IMG/VR virus record: IMGVR_UViG_3300011339_000662
Coordinates: 1 to 29,131 of that record
DNA: 29,131 nt
Direction: 5' to 3' (one strand)
DNA from: a virus
Lineage: Duplodnaviria > Caudoviricetes
Both the position numbers and the translations under genes were made by a program. The notes beneath the pieces were generated by a model, which was given only the letters and a program-made list of their open reading frames with translations, was not told the DNA's origin and ran no database searches. This document shows, piece after piece, positions 1-7,215 of this stretch; positions within the stretch are counted from its first letter, which is position 1, and each line of letters begins with the position of its first letter.

Positions 1-43
1 TCTTTAGCGCCGGGTTCTGCTCTGCAGGTTTGCGTTTCGCCAT
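1..43 (-). CDS. 5' end of a leftward ORF running off the window (MAKRKPAEQNPALK...)
   Basis: ATG at 43-41, open to the window edge, basic N-terminus; TACCCT -10-like hexamer 8 nt upstream. Only 14 codons visible. Confidence 0.4.
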   Translation of the reverse strand, partial: MAKRKPAEQNPALK

Positions 44-106
44 CTGCTGTAAGGGTACTGGAAGCCGCCTGATTTCGCAAACTGAAGACGTACCAAAAGA
101 TCATGG

Positions 107-139
107 TTGCAAGTAAATCATTAGCTATGTTATTCTAGA
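107..139 (+). promoter_or_regulatory. Rightward early promoter with operator-like box
   Basis: TTGCAA (107-112), 18-nt spacer, extended -10 TGtTATTCT (128-136); 112-139 matches the reverse complement of 11623-11650 at 24/28 positions; AGGAGG at 187-192 precedes ATG 203. Confidence 0.7.
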
Positions 140-202
140 GATGTCAGGCAGGACCGGCGACCACCGGGCCAGCCGGGCAAGGCTATAGGAGGCCTAAACG
201 CA

Positions 203-442
203 ATGCAAAACGAAATTAACCCGATCGAAGCTGGCGCACGGATCAACTGGCTGCGCAATAAGAGCCACGCCGACGCTACGGACGCACTTGAAGCCGCCCG
301 CGTCACGACCATGCGCCGCGTCGGTATTAATCTGGACCCTGTCACGCTCCCGACGGTACCCGCTGATGTGCTGGCCGCCGTTCGTGCGAAATACGGGAGT
401 GCGAACACAGCAGGTCAAGCAGCAACACAGCAGGTAGCGTAA
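203..442 (+). CDS. Hypothetical early protein (79 aa)
   Basis: AGGAGG Shine-Dalgarno upstream; stop overlaps next start (TAATG). Confidence 0.75.
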   Translation: MQNEINPIEAGARINWLRNKSHADATDALEAARVTTMRRVGINLDPVTLPTVPADVLAAVRAKYGSANTAGQAATQQVA

Positions 443-684
443 TGAACATGGCGAAGCTGAAGCGAGATTTCGCTGCGAAGATGGCAAAGTCTGCCGTAAT
501 CTCAGTCGGGTATCGTGGCCACGTTATCAGCGGGGTTGCTGGTCGGAACTGGTTTGTCAGTGAAGCCGGACGCGACTGGGTGACGTTGTACACATCGATG
601 GTTAAGGCCCAAGCTGCAGTTGATCGCTGCTGGGCTGTTCGCGCCATTATGGCTGCTGAATGTAGCAAGGCGGTATCAGCATGA
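442..684 (+). CDS. Hypothetical early protein (80 aa)
   Basis: Translationally coupled at both ends (TAATG, ATGA). Confidence 0.7.
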   Translation: MNMAKLKRDFAAKMAKSAVISVGYRGHVISGVAGRNWFVSEAGRDWVTLYTSMVKAQAAVDRCWAVRAIMAAECSKAVSA

Positions 685-896
685 TCTGGCAACAGGATAA
701 ATCAAAACGTCAGCCGTCGTGGTGGAAACCGCAGCCGTCGTGGAACTCAAGCGACGGATTTATGATCCAGATGCTGCGGAACGGTGACTACGAATGCTGG
801 CAGGGAACTACATGGCTTGGCATTTCTGGCCTGCTGGGTGGCGCTAAAAATCTGTGCGAAATGCACGCCGGTCAGCGTGATGGCGGTTGCGTATGA
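681..896 (+). CDS. Hypothetical Trp-rich early protein (71 aa)
   Basis: ATGA overlaps at both ends; AAGG upstream. Confidence 0.7.
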   Translation: MIWQQDKSKRQPSWWKPQPSWNSSDGFMIQMLRNGDYECWQGTTWLGISGLLGGAKNLCEMHAGQRDGGCV

Positions 897-1180
897 TGCC
901 CGCCGCACATATGGCCGCATGGTCAGATCCTAAAGCCGGTACCGGTCACGAGCTGGACCGCAACATCGGCAGGCCTTCTCTGTGTTCACAATGCGGGATA
1001 GCGCATCACGCCGAGCTACCGGTCTTTGACTTGCAGTCAGGCCGCGTTGTTCCGGTAGTCACCGGCCATGAGGTTTCCGGCTATGCCCCGTTCGATTTCC
1101 CGCCTCTAGTCCGTGGCAAAAATGGCAAGCTGGCACGGGCTGCACAGTTTGACCTGTTCGTGCTTGGAGTGTCCGCATGA
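893..1180 (+). CDS. Hypothetical protein with CxxC-x3-HH motif (95 aa)
   Basis: ATG 893 overlaps the previous TGA; stop overlaps the helicase ATG; CSQCGIAHH possible metal site. Confidence 0.65.
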   Translation: MMPAAHMAAWSDPKAGTGHELDRNIGRPSLCSQCGIAHHAELPVFDLQSGRVVPVVTGHEVSGYAPFDFPPLVRGKNGKLARAAQFDLFVLGVSA

Positions 1181-3207
1181 CGTTCCCAGTTCACCGCGAC
1201 GGTATCCGCTGGATAGTCACAATCCCGTACCAGCATCGGGACCAAGCAAAGTCTGCCGGGTTTCGCTGGTGTCCGCTACAGAAGCACTGGTGGACCAGCC
1301 GCGAGGACGTTGCCAAGCTGCTCATGGACCCCGCCGCCCAGGCTGCAAAGAAGTCGGAGTTTGAGCGCATCGGTAAAGAGCGTGCCGCCCTGGTGGACGA
1401 ATCCCGCGCCGCATCCGCCGATGTTGAGCTTCCGGCCCCTGCTGGCCTAGACTATCTGCCGTTCCAAAAAGCCGGGATTGCCAGCGCACTGAAACGTAAT
1501 AACGTCCTGTTTGGCGATGACATGGGACTTGGCAAAACCATTCAGGTCATCGGCATGATAAACGCCCGCCCCGATATTAAACGGGTTCTGATCGTTTGCC
1601 CCGCCACTCTAAAGCAAAACTGGATGCGCGAGCTCAACAAATGGCTGGTGCGAAAGTTTCGCATTGGTATCGCTACCGGCCAGAGCTGGCCCGGTGGTTA
1701 CGCGGATATCGTCATCATGAACTTCGATATTGCGACGAAACACGCGGCGAAGATTCAGGCTGAACTTTGGGACCTGGTAGCGATTGATGAAGCGCACTAC
1801 CTCAAGAATCGGGAATCGAAGCGGACGCTGGCGATATTTGGCATGGACCCATACACCGCCAAACGTCAGAAGGTGGAGCCGTCGCCCGGTGTGCGTGGTC
1901 GCTTGCAGGTTGGTATGACTGGCACCCCGATTCCGAATCGCCCCAGCGAGGGTTTCGGCCTGTTCCACTGGCTGGCCCCGGATCATGAGACCTTCCGTAG
2001 TTTCTATTTGTACGCAAAAAAATTCACCGGGTCGTTTCAGTTTCCCGGTTCCGGGTACGATCCGAACGGAGCCACGAACCTAGACGAACTCCAGCGTGAG
2101 CTTCGCGGGTCGATCATGATCCGTCGCACAAAGACGCAGGTATTGACCGAGTTGCCGGCGAAACGGCGTGTGGTGATCGAGCTTGAGGCGGATTCAGCGT
2201 CTGACGCGATTGCAGAGGAGTCGGAGGCAGCAGAGTCCCACGAAGAAGAACTGGAGCGCCTACGGGCTGCCGTGGAGCTTGCGAAGGCCGAATCAGAGGA
2301 AGCGTATACCGCCGCCGTCGCAGCCCTGAAGAAAGGCGCATCGTTTGCGTTTACTGAAATGGCTCGGTTGCGGCACGAAACGGCGATGGCGACGTTACCG
2401 CACGCGGTTGAGCACGTTCTGACCGCGCTGAAGGCTGACGAGGCGCACAAGGTCGTTGTATTTTGCCACCACGGCGACGTTGCAGCCGGTATGCTTTCCG
2501 CGCTGGCAGACGAACAGATCGGCACCGCTTCGATTACGCAGAAGACGCCGATCATGCAACGTCAGGCCGAGTCGGATCGGTTCCAGAACGATCCGGACTG
2601 CCGCGTATTTGTGGGCGGGATTCAATCTGCTGGTGTCGGTATTACCCTCACCGCCGCGTGGCATGTTGTGTTCGTAGAACTTGATTGGGTGCCCGGTAAC
2701 ATGTCGCAGGCTGAGGACCGTTGCAACCGCATCGGCCAGCGTAACTCGGTGCTCTGTGAACATCTAGTGATTCAGGGATCTATCGCCGCCACGATGGCGA
2801 AACGGCTGGTATCGAAGCAGAACGTGATTGATTCAGCTCTGGATCGTGAACACCCGGAGCGGCTGACACCGGAGCAGGTTGAGCTCATGGACGCGCCGAT
2901 AGGTCCCGGACGGTCGGAAGCCGCAACGCAGGACACGCCCCGACCCAAGTACGCCAAGATCGCCGAGACGCTGACGGCCCCGCAGATCGCTGCGATTCAC
3001 CAGGCCTTGCGGATGATTGCAGACCTCGACGGTGACCACGCCAAAGTGCTCAACGGTATCGGGTTCAGCCGGCTGGACGGCATGATCGGTCACAGCCTAG
3101 CAAATTGCGAACGCCTCACGCCGAAACAGGCTGCTCTGGCTCAGACGCTGGTCCGGAAGTATCGCCGGCAGGTTCCAGACGCGCTGCTGACTGAATGCGG
3201 TCTATAG
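1177..3207 (+). CDS. SNF2-family (SMARCAL1/HARP-like) DNA-dependent ATPase/helicase, 676 aa
   Basis: Motif I DDMGLGKT, II DEAH, III TGTP, VI QAEDRCNRIGQ; N-terminal DUF5710-like segment (AKSAGFRW...KHWW); extra C-terminal helical domain; GGAG upstream. Confidence 0.92.
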   Translation: MTFPVHRDGIRWIVTIPYQHRDQAKSAGFRWCPLQKHWWTSREDVAKLLMDPAAQAAKKSEFERIGKERAALVDESRAASADVELPAPAGLDYLPFQKAGIASALKRNNVLFGDDMGLGKTIQVIGMINARPDIKRVLIVCPATLKQNWMRELNKWLVRKFRIGIATGQSWPGGYADIVIMNFDIATKHAAKIQAELWDLVAIDEAHYLKNRESKRTLAIFGMDPYTAKRQKVEPSPGVRGRLQVGMTGTPIPNRPSEGFGLFHWLAPDHETFRSFYLYAKKFTGSFQFPGSGYDPNGATNLDELQRELRGSIMIRRTKTQVLTELPAKRRVVIELEADSASDAIAEESEAAESHEEELERLRAAVELAKAESEEAYTAAVAALKKGASFAFTEMARLRHETAMATLPHAVEHVLTALKADEAHKVVVFCHHGDVAAGMLSALADEQIGTASITQKTPIMQRQAESDRFQNDPDCRVFVGGIQSAGVGITLTAAWHVVFVELDWVPGNMSQAEDRCNRIGQRNSVLCEHLVIQGSIAATMAKRLVSKQNVIDSALDREHPERLTPEQVELMDAPIGPGRSEAATQDTPRPKYAKIAETLTAPQIAAIHQALRMIADLDGDHAKVLNGIGFSRLDGMIGHSLANCERLTPKQAALAQTLVRKYRRQVPDALLTECGL

Positions 3208-3388
3208 CCGCGTCAGCTTCCTTTTGCGACGGATGGTCAGATACCCACTCTGAGCATCCGTCGCTTTCCAGTTTGTACAGCCCCCAGAACTGCGCCTGAT
3301 CTGGTTTGCACGGATCTGCACACACTACACCGCTATCGGTGCGTATTTCGCGCATCGGCAGGATGTAGTACGTGGTTTCAATTAGCAT
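3116..3388 (-). CDS. Hypothetical protein (90 aa), last gene of the leftward early operon
   Basis: Start overlaps the upstream gene end; FWGLY...WVSD motif typical of small phage proteins; 3' end overlaps the helicase by 92 nt. Confidence 0.6.
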   Translation of the reverse strand: MLIETTYYILPMREIRTDSGVVCADPCKPDQAQFWGLYKLESDGCSEWVSDHPSQKEADAAIDRIQSAARLEPAGDTSGPASEPEQPVSA

Positions 3389-3572
3389 CGGCCTTCCGCT
3401 TTCCGCGCTTCCACGCCCGGTCTGTAATTCGAGCCTGCGCCCGTCGGCAGCCGTCGCCCCCGCAGGTTATCTGGTTCTTGTTTGCCAGCGTAAATGACTT
3501 CTGGCAGTGCGGACACGTCCCGTTTCCGAAGTCGCGCCGCATCGCCATTCCCGGTGCATAATGCCAGTTCAT
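3378..3572 (-). CDS. Small Zn-finger-like basic protein (64 aa)
   Basis: ATGA overlap at 3569-3572; CPHC...CGGDGC followed by a basic helix. Confidence 0.7.
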   Translation of the reverse strand: MNWHYAPGMAMRRDFGNGTCPHCQKSFTLANKNQITCGGDGCRRAQARITDRAWKRGKRKADAN

Positions 3573-3868
3573 ACCTGAGCTCGCCATTCCCGCCGCCGAG
3601 ATTGCGGATGCCCTACATTGCTGAGCATAGTGATTATCGTCGCGTGAGTCCGAGACAACGCCCGCCCGATTGCGGGATACGAAAACCCATCAGCCCGCAG
3701 TCTCAACGCAATTTCGCGCCGCGCTGCCATGAGGTCAGGGTATCGCCATGCCCCCCGGACCTGCGCTGGCGTCAGCCCGTGGCGTGCAGCCACTTCCGCC
3801 ACAACGTGTCGAGGGTTTACGGCTTCCCGCGAGTCGCCGGGTAGTGAAGCGCATCGGTTCACTATCAT
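3569..3868 (-). CDS. Stand-alone DnaA C-terminal (domain IV) helix-turn-helix protein (99 aa)
   Basis: VAEVAARHGLT...ARREIALRLR...SYPAIGRALSRTHATII matches the Bac_DnaA_C pattern (ARQIAMY...SLxxIGxxFGRDHTTV); start chosen at the ATGA overlap. Confidence 0.85.
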   Translation of the reverse strand: MIVNRCASLPGDSREAVNPRHVVAEVAARHGLTPAQVRGAWRYPDLMAARREIALRLRADGFSYPAIGRALSRTHATIITMLSNVGHPQSRRREWRAQV

Positions 3869-4212
3869 GACTTTTCGCATCCGGCGCATCTCAAGATACC
3901 TTGGTACAGCGTCACCAGTTCGGTCCGGTTGATGCCGTGGTGGCCCCAGAAGTTCTTCCCCATGACGTGCTGGGAATCCGGCCCTGTTCGGTGGTGGTAG
4001 CCGCATAACGGGATAGTTTCCTCATCCCTGCATTTCTGCCCGAGGCCTCTATCTCCAACGTGCGCTGCCTCGACGAGCCCCACGCAATCGCCGGTGGCCA
4101 TCAGCACGCATCCCCAGCGCCGAATAAAGTCAAGATACTCCGGATTCTGTACGGTGCCGCCAGCGCGGCGTATCGGTTTACTGCTTTTGCGTTTTAATGG
4201 TGTTCGCTTCAT
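3865..4212 (-). CDS. DUF968/Ref-like HNH-type putative nuclease (115 aa)
   Basis: MKRTPLKRK start; YLDFIRRWGC...EAAHV...GLGQK...IPLCGYHH; GGAGAGGT Shine-Dalgarno. Confidence 0.8.
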   Translation of the reverse strand: MKRTPLKRKSSKPIRRAGGTVQNPEYLDFIRRWGCVLMATGDCVGLVEAAHVGDRGLGQKCRDEETIPLCGYHHRTGPDSQHVMGKNFWGHHGINRTELVTLYQGILRCAGCEKS

Positions 4213-4471
4213 GTATCACCTCTCCACAGGTGTCGAATGCCCGGGCGGTGCCTGTAGGAGAGACGCCACCCGGATCATTCGAAGCAAGGATTCGAAGCCC
4301 CTGCCTATTCGTAGTTTGCAGCGTTACGGGCTGCTCCGTCAATAGCAAAATCTCTTCGGCCATCCAGTCTGCCAGTCCCATGCGCAGACCGTGTTGCTCC
4401 GGGTGCCCTGCCAGTAGCAGCGTAGCCGCGTCCTTCTGCTCGTCACGGCATCGCTGGAGGTCTGCGGTCAT
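4178..4471 (-). CDS. Hypothetical protein (97 aa); C-terminal half may be run-on through the RNA element
   Basis: ATGA overlap with the PAPS-reductase stop; first ~45 aa look helical and protein-like. Confidence 0.55.
   Translation of the reverse strand: MTADLQRCRDEQKDAATLLLAGHPEQHGLRMGLADWMAEEILLLTEQPVTLQTTNRQGLRILASNDPGGVSPTGTARAFDTCGEVIHEANTIKTQKQ
4213..4304 (-). ncRNA. Candidate cis-regulatory structured leader (anti-SD switch) upstream of the nuclease gene
   Basis: Small hairpin 4284-4304; long hairpin 4241-4273 with G-U pairs on the - strand; its apex CUCUCC(U)ACAGG is complementary to CCUGUGGAGAG over the RBS (4220-4230). Confidence 0.5.
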
Positions 4472-5322
4472 TCGCACAACCCATACTTGCTTTCGCACCC
4501 TTCCCGCTCATGCAGGATCGGGAACATCTGCTGACGGCCTCCGCGTGAGGTCCGCGCCCACTCCAGAACTTCATCAATCGTGTTGGTGTACTTTCCGGGG
4601 ACGCATGGTGCAAAAAACGTGCGGCCCGTTCGTGATTCCAGCCCGCGAATCTTCTCGATCATTTCCGGCCTGCGAATGTCCCAGTTCAACATGTCTTCTT
4701 TGCCGCTATTGATGCAGGGAGCGCACCCGACGCGGTTGAACCCCAGCGCGTATAGTGGATTGACTTGTTCGCCGTGCGCCTGAACGTAGTCGAAGCACAT
4801 CTGCTTTGTCCAGTCCGCGATGGGCGAGTGAAGGTCGCAGTCGAACCAGTCATCCCACGATTCGATTGGCGCGGCCTTCCGTGCTTCTGATTCGTCGCGA
4901 CGCACTCCAGTATATCGACAATATGCCACGCCTTCATGTACGCCACCGGGGCCGAACGTTGCATCGAGCCATCGTCGTTGCGGTTGCAGTTTCAGCTTCT
5001 CGGTGCAGAACTGCGCTTTGCGGGACGGCGGTCGGCCCTTGATGCGGACCATATCCTCGAACGTCAGGACTGCGCTGCCGTCCAATCCCTTCGTTTCCGC
5101 GAATCCCGGCGTCTTCCACATGTCCGCGACGATGGCGTTGGTTTTCACGACGGGGTGAACGTGTTCGCTGTACCAGTCGATAAACCCGGTAGTTAGCAGG
5201 TCTTCCCACCCGCCAGCATCCGAGTTCGTCAGGATCACATCTTCTGCCGGGTAGCGGTTCAGCACCCAGCGAGCGCACGCTTGCGAGTCGATCCCGCCCG
5301 AAAATCCCACTATATGTTTCAC
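4468..5322 (-). CDS. Phosphoadenosine phosphosulfate (PAPS) reductase-family PP-loop protein (284 aa)
   Basis: HIVGFSGGIDS PP-loop, FCTEKLK, GVRRDESEAR, PIADWT, NPLYALGFNRVGCAPC; GTG start overlapping the upstream TGA. Confidence 0.92.
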   Translation of the reverse strand: MKHIVGFSGGIDSQACARWVLNRYPAEDVILTNSDAGGWEDLLTTGFIDWYSEHVHPVVKTNAIVADMWKTPGFAETKGLDGSAVLTFEDMVRIKGRPPSRKAQFCTEKLKLQPQRRWLDATFGPGGVHEGVAYCRYTGVRRDESEARKAAPIESWDDWFDCDLHSPIADWTKQMCFDYVQAHGEQVNPLYALGFNRVGCAPCINSGKEDMLNWDIRRPEMIEKIRGLESRTGRTFFAPCVPGKYTNTIDEVLEWARTSRGGRQQMFPILHEREGCESKYGLCE

Positions 5323-5765
5323 GCGAACACCGATGCCCGCGCCAGTCGCCGCGCTTCCGCTTCCACCGCTTCCAGCCGATAGTGCGCCGCTAGGGCTGGC
5401 ACGATTACTGGCCCGACGTTTGACGGTGCGGATCCATCGTGCCGGCACTTCCACGCTGCTGAGGTATCAAACTCCCCGTAGACAATGATGTAGCCGGAGC
5501 CTCCACACCAGTTGCATTCCCGCGCCACGCTGGTAATGATCTCGTCATCCGGCGTCTGCTGGCACATCTCGTAAATTGCTTGGACGCTGGGATAAAACTT
5601 TTCTTGTTCTCGCAAGGCCTTTACCACCCGCGCCGCGTGGCCGATGCTTCTGGCGTTCTGCCGCAGTGAGTCTGTTCGAGCCTTCAGGGCTTCTTTGGAG
5701 TCTGGAATCCCCGGCATACCAGAGAACCCCTGCATGGTTTCACGTGCTGCTTTGAGGTCGATCAT
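5319..5765 (-). CDS. Putative replication accessory (helicase loader/inhibitor-like) protein with C-terminal Zn ribbon (148 aa)
   Basis: FYPSVQAIYEMC resembles the FxPsIAEI motif of G39P-like proteins; CNWCGGSG...C Zn ribbon; ATGA overlap at 5762-5765. Confidence 0.6.
   Translation of the reverse strand: MIDLKAARETMQGFSGMPGIPDSKEALKARTDSLRQNARSIGHAARVVKALREQEKFYPSVQAIYEMCQQTPDDEIITSVARECNWCGGSGYIIVYGEFDTSAAWKCRHDGSAPSNVGPVIVPALAAHYRLEAVEAEARRLARASVFA
5743..5765. repeat. 23-bp imperfect direct repeat, copy 1 (copy 2 at 6669-6691)
   Basis: cgtgctgctttGaggtcGatcat vs cgtgctgctttCaggtcAatcat, 21/23 identical; both begin the MIDLKAARE reading on the - strand. Confidence 0.9.
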
Positions 5766-6691
5766 GCAGAGACTCCATGCCTTGATGCGTGGATGATTGC
5801 CGGTCGTGCCCATTGCCGTTGAAATTGCCTCCACTCTGGAGACGGTCGCCATTTCTCAGCCGCCGGTGTCTCGGGTTGCCAGAGCATCGCGTGAGGCGTA
5901 AATCCAATCGAAATCATCTGGTTCAGTCGTTTAGTGGCCTCTGCAAATGTATCCTTCGGGTATCCGATCAGCACGTAAGCCCGAAGCCTGTGTGAGCACG
6001 CCGTGAACCCGGCTGCGATCATGCGCGATGCGGCACTTTCTAAAGTCTCAAATGGATCGCCCGGATCGTAGGCAAAAAAGCAACTTGGACGCGGTCGCAT
6101 GTCGGCCAGCAGCCCTACCTGGTAATCCTGCAAAGCCAGAGCCTCCAGGCCTCCGGTGAATTCTATCTGCCGCCCTTGCCGCGCCAGCATTGCGAAGACG
6201 GCCCGCACGTGCGGTTCAGGACACGCGAGAAGATTGTCGTCGAGGATGTTCCACCCGTCCGTGATTGGGATCGGTGTAGCCACGCCGTAGCGCTTCCATA
6301 CCGAGCAGAACCAGCAACGACGGGGGCATCCTCTCGACGTGAACGTATACCCAGGCTTGATGTATCTGCCCGGGATAAACTCTAGACTCGAATCTCCGAA
6401 CGCCACCCCGCCAACTTTGACCGGAGCAACGTGCTTCCATGCTTCAGCGAGCATCTCCGCTTTTGGCTTGTCGGCTGTGAATGTTACGTCGATATGCACC
6501 TCGTCTGCCTCATCGAACATGCCGGGAAATGGGAGTAGCTTGTCTTTCGGCGATCGCGCCATATCGTCCAGCGGCGTCGCTTTGGTTCGACGCGGAAAGA
6601 CACGTATTAAGCGCTTCGGCTCAGCACGGGTCAGGTCATGGCTGGTGATCTGGATCATGCCGCCCTCTCGTGCTGCTTTCAGGTCAATCAT
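5762..6691 (-). CDS. Radical SAM protein (309 aa; alternative start at 6658)
   Basis: TSRGCPRRCWFC CxxxCxxC motif, ILDDNLLA, YVLIGYP; N-terminal DEVHIDVTFT...VKVGG segment resembles a reduced B12-binding-like domain. Confidence 0.92.
   Translation of the reverse strand: MIDLKAAREGGMIQITSHDLTRAEPKRLIRVFPRRTKATPLDDMARSPKDKLLPFPGMFDEADEVHIDVTFTADKPKAEMLAEAWKHVAPVKVGGVAFGDSSLEFIPGRYIKPGYTFTSRGCPRRCWFCSVWKRYGVATPIPITDGWNILDDNLLACPEPHVRAVFAMLARQGRQIEFTGGLEALALQDYQVGLLADMRPRPSCFFAYDPGDPFETLESAASRMIAAGFTACSHRLRAYVLIGYPKDTFAEATKRLNQMISIGFTPHAMLWQPETPAAEKWRPSPEWRQFQRQWARPAIIHASRHGVSA
6669..6691. repeat. 23-bp imperfect direct repeat, copy 2
   Basis: See 5743-5765. Confidence 0.9.
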
Positions 6692-7215
6692 CGGCCCGCC
6701 TCACGCATCGCCCGTTCGATATCCGCTGCTGTGATCCGGTTTGCATCGGTCACGTTCACCAGTGGAATACTTGGCACCCGTACCGGCCTGCTCCGTTGCA
6801 TGTCCTTTGCCCGCGCCATCGCCTCGATTACCGGCCTGATACTAACCGCAGCCGTCAGGTCATCCGGCGTGATTCGCGGCCCTGCAATGTGCCGCACGGT
6901 CGCGCCGCTAAGTTGCAACGGTTCGGCTGCCTTCTCACTTGGGATTCCGTCGTTGAACCGTTGAAGTTGCGAATACGCTTCAATCCCATCTACCGGTTGA
7001 TATCTCGAACAAAACACCGCCCGCATCTCTCGCGGCCCTTCCCACTCGTTCCACAGCTGAATGCACCGTTTGGCTAGCCATGCCACCTGTTCGTTCGTCT
7101 GCGCCATCTCGCACGCCATCAGCACGATCTCAGCCCGTGCCGTCTGATCTGCCGGGAAAAACTTGAGCACGGAAAGCCGCGCCATGTCTGCCGTTGCCTC
7201 TTTCGTGTCGATCAT
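6688..7215 (-). CDS. Putative replication accessory (helicase loader-like) protein (175 aa)
   Basis: Immediately downstream of and coupled to the initiator (lambda P slot); N-terminus parallels that of 5319-5765. Confidence 0.6.
   Translation of the reverse strand: MIDTKEATADMARLSVLKFFPADQTARAEIVLMACEMAQTNEQVAWLAKRCIQLWNEWEGPREMRAVFCSRYQPVDGIEAYSQLQRFNDGIPSEKAAEPLQLSGATVRHIAGPRITPDDLTAAVSIRPVIEAMARAKDMQRSRPVRVPSIPLVNVTDANRITAADIERAMREAGR

Noticed and set aside
4284-4304. tRNA gene suggested by a TTCGAAT T-loop-like sequence
   Set aside because: No acceptor stem, D arm or anticodon arm can be built around it; kept only as a leader hairpin.
4468-5322. cysH as an auxiliary sulfate-assimilation gene, or a complete Dnd system
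   Set aside because: The C-terminus is not the canonical CysH ECGLH motif, and no other cys or dnd genes are present.
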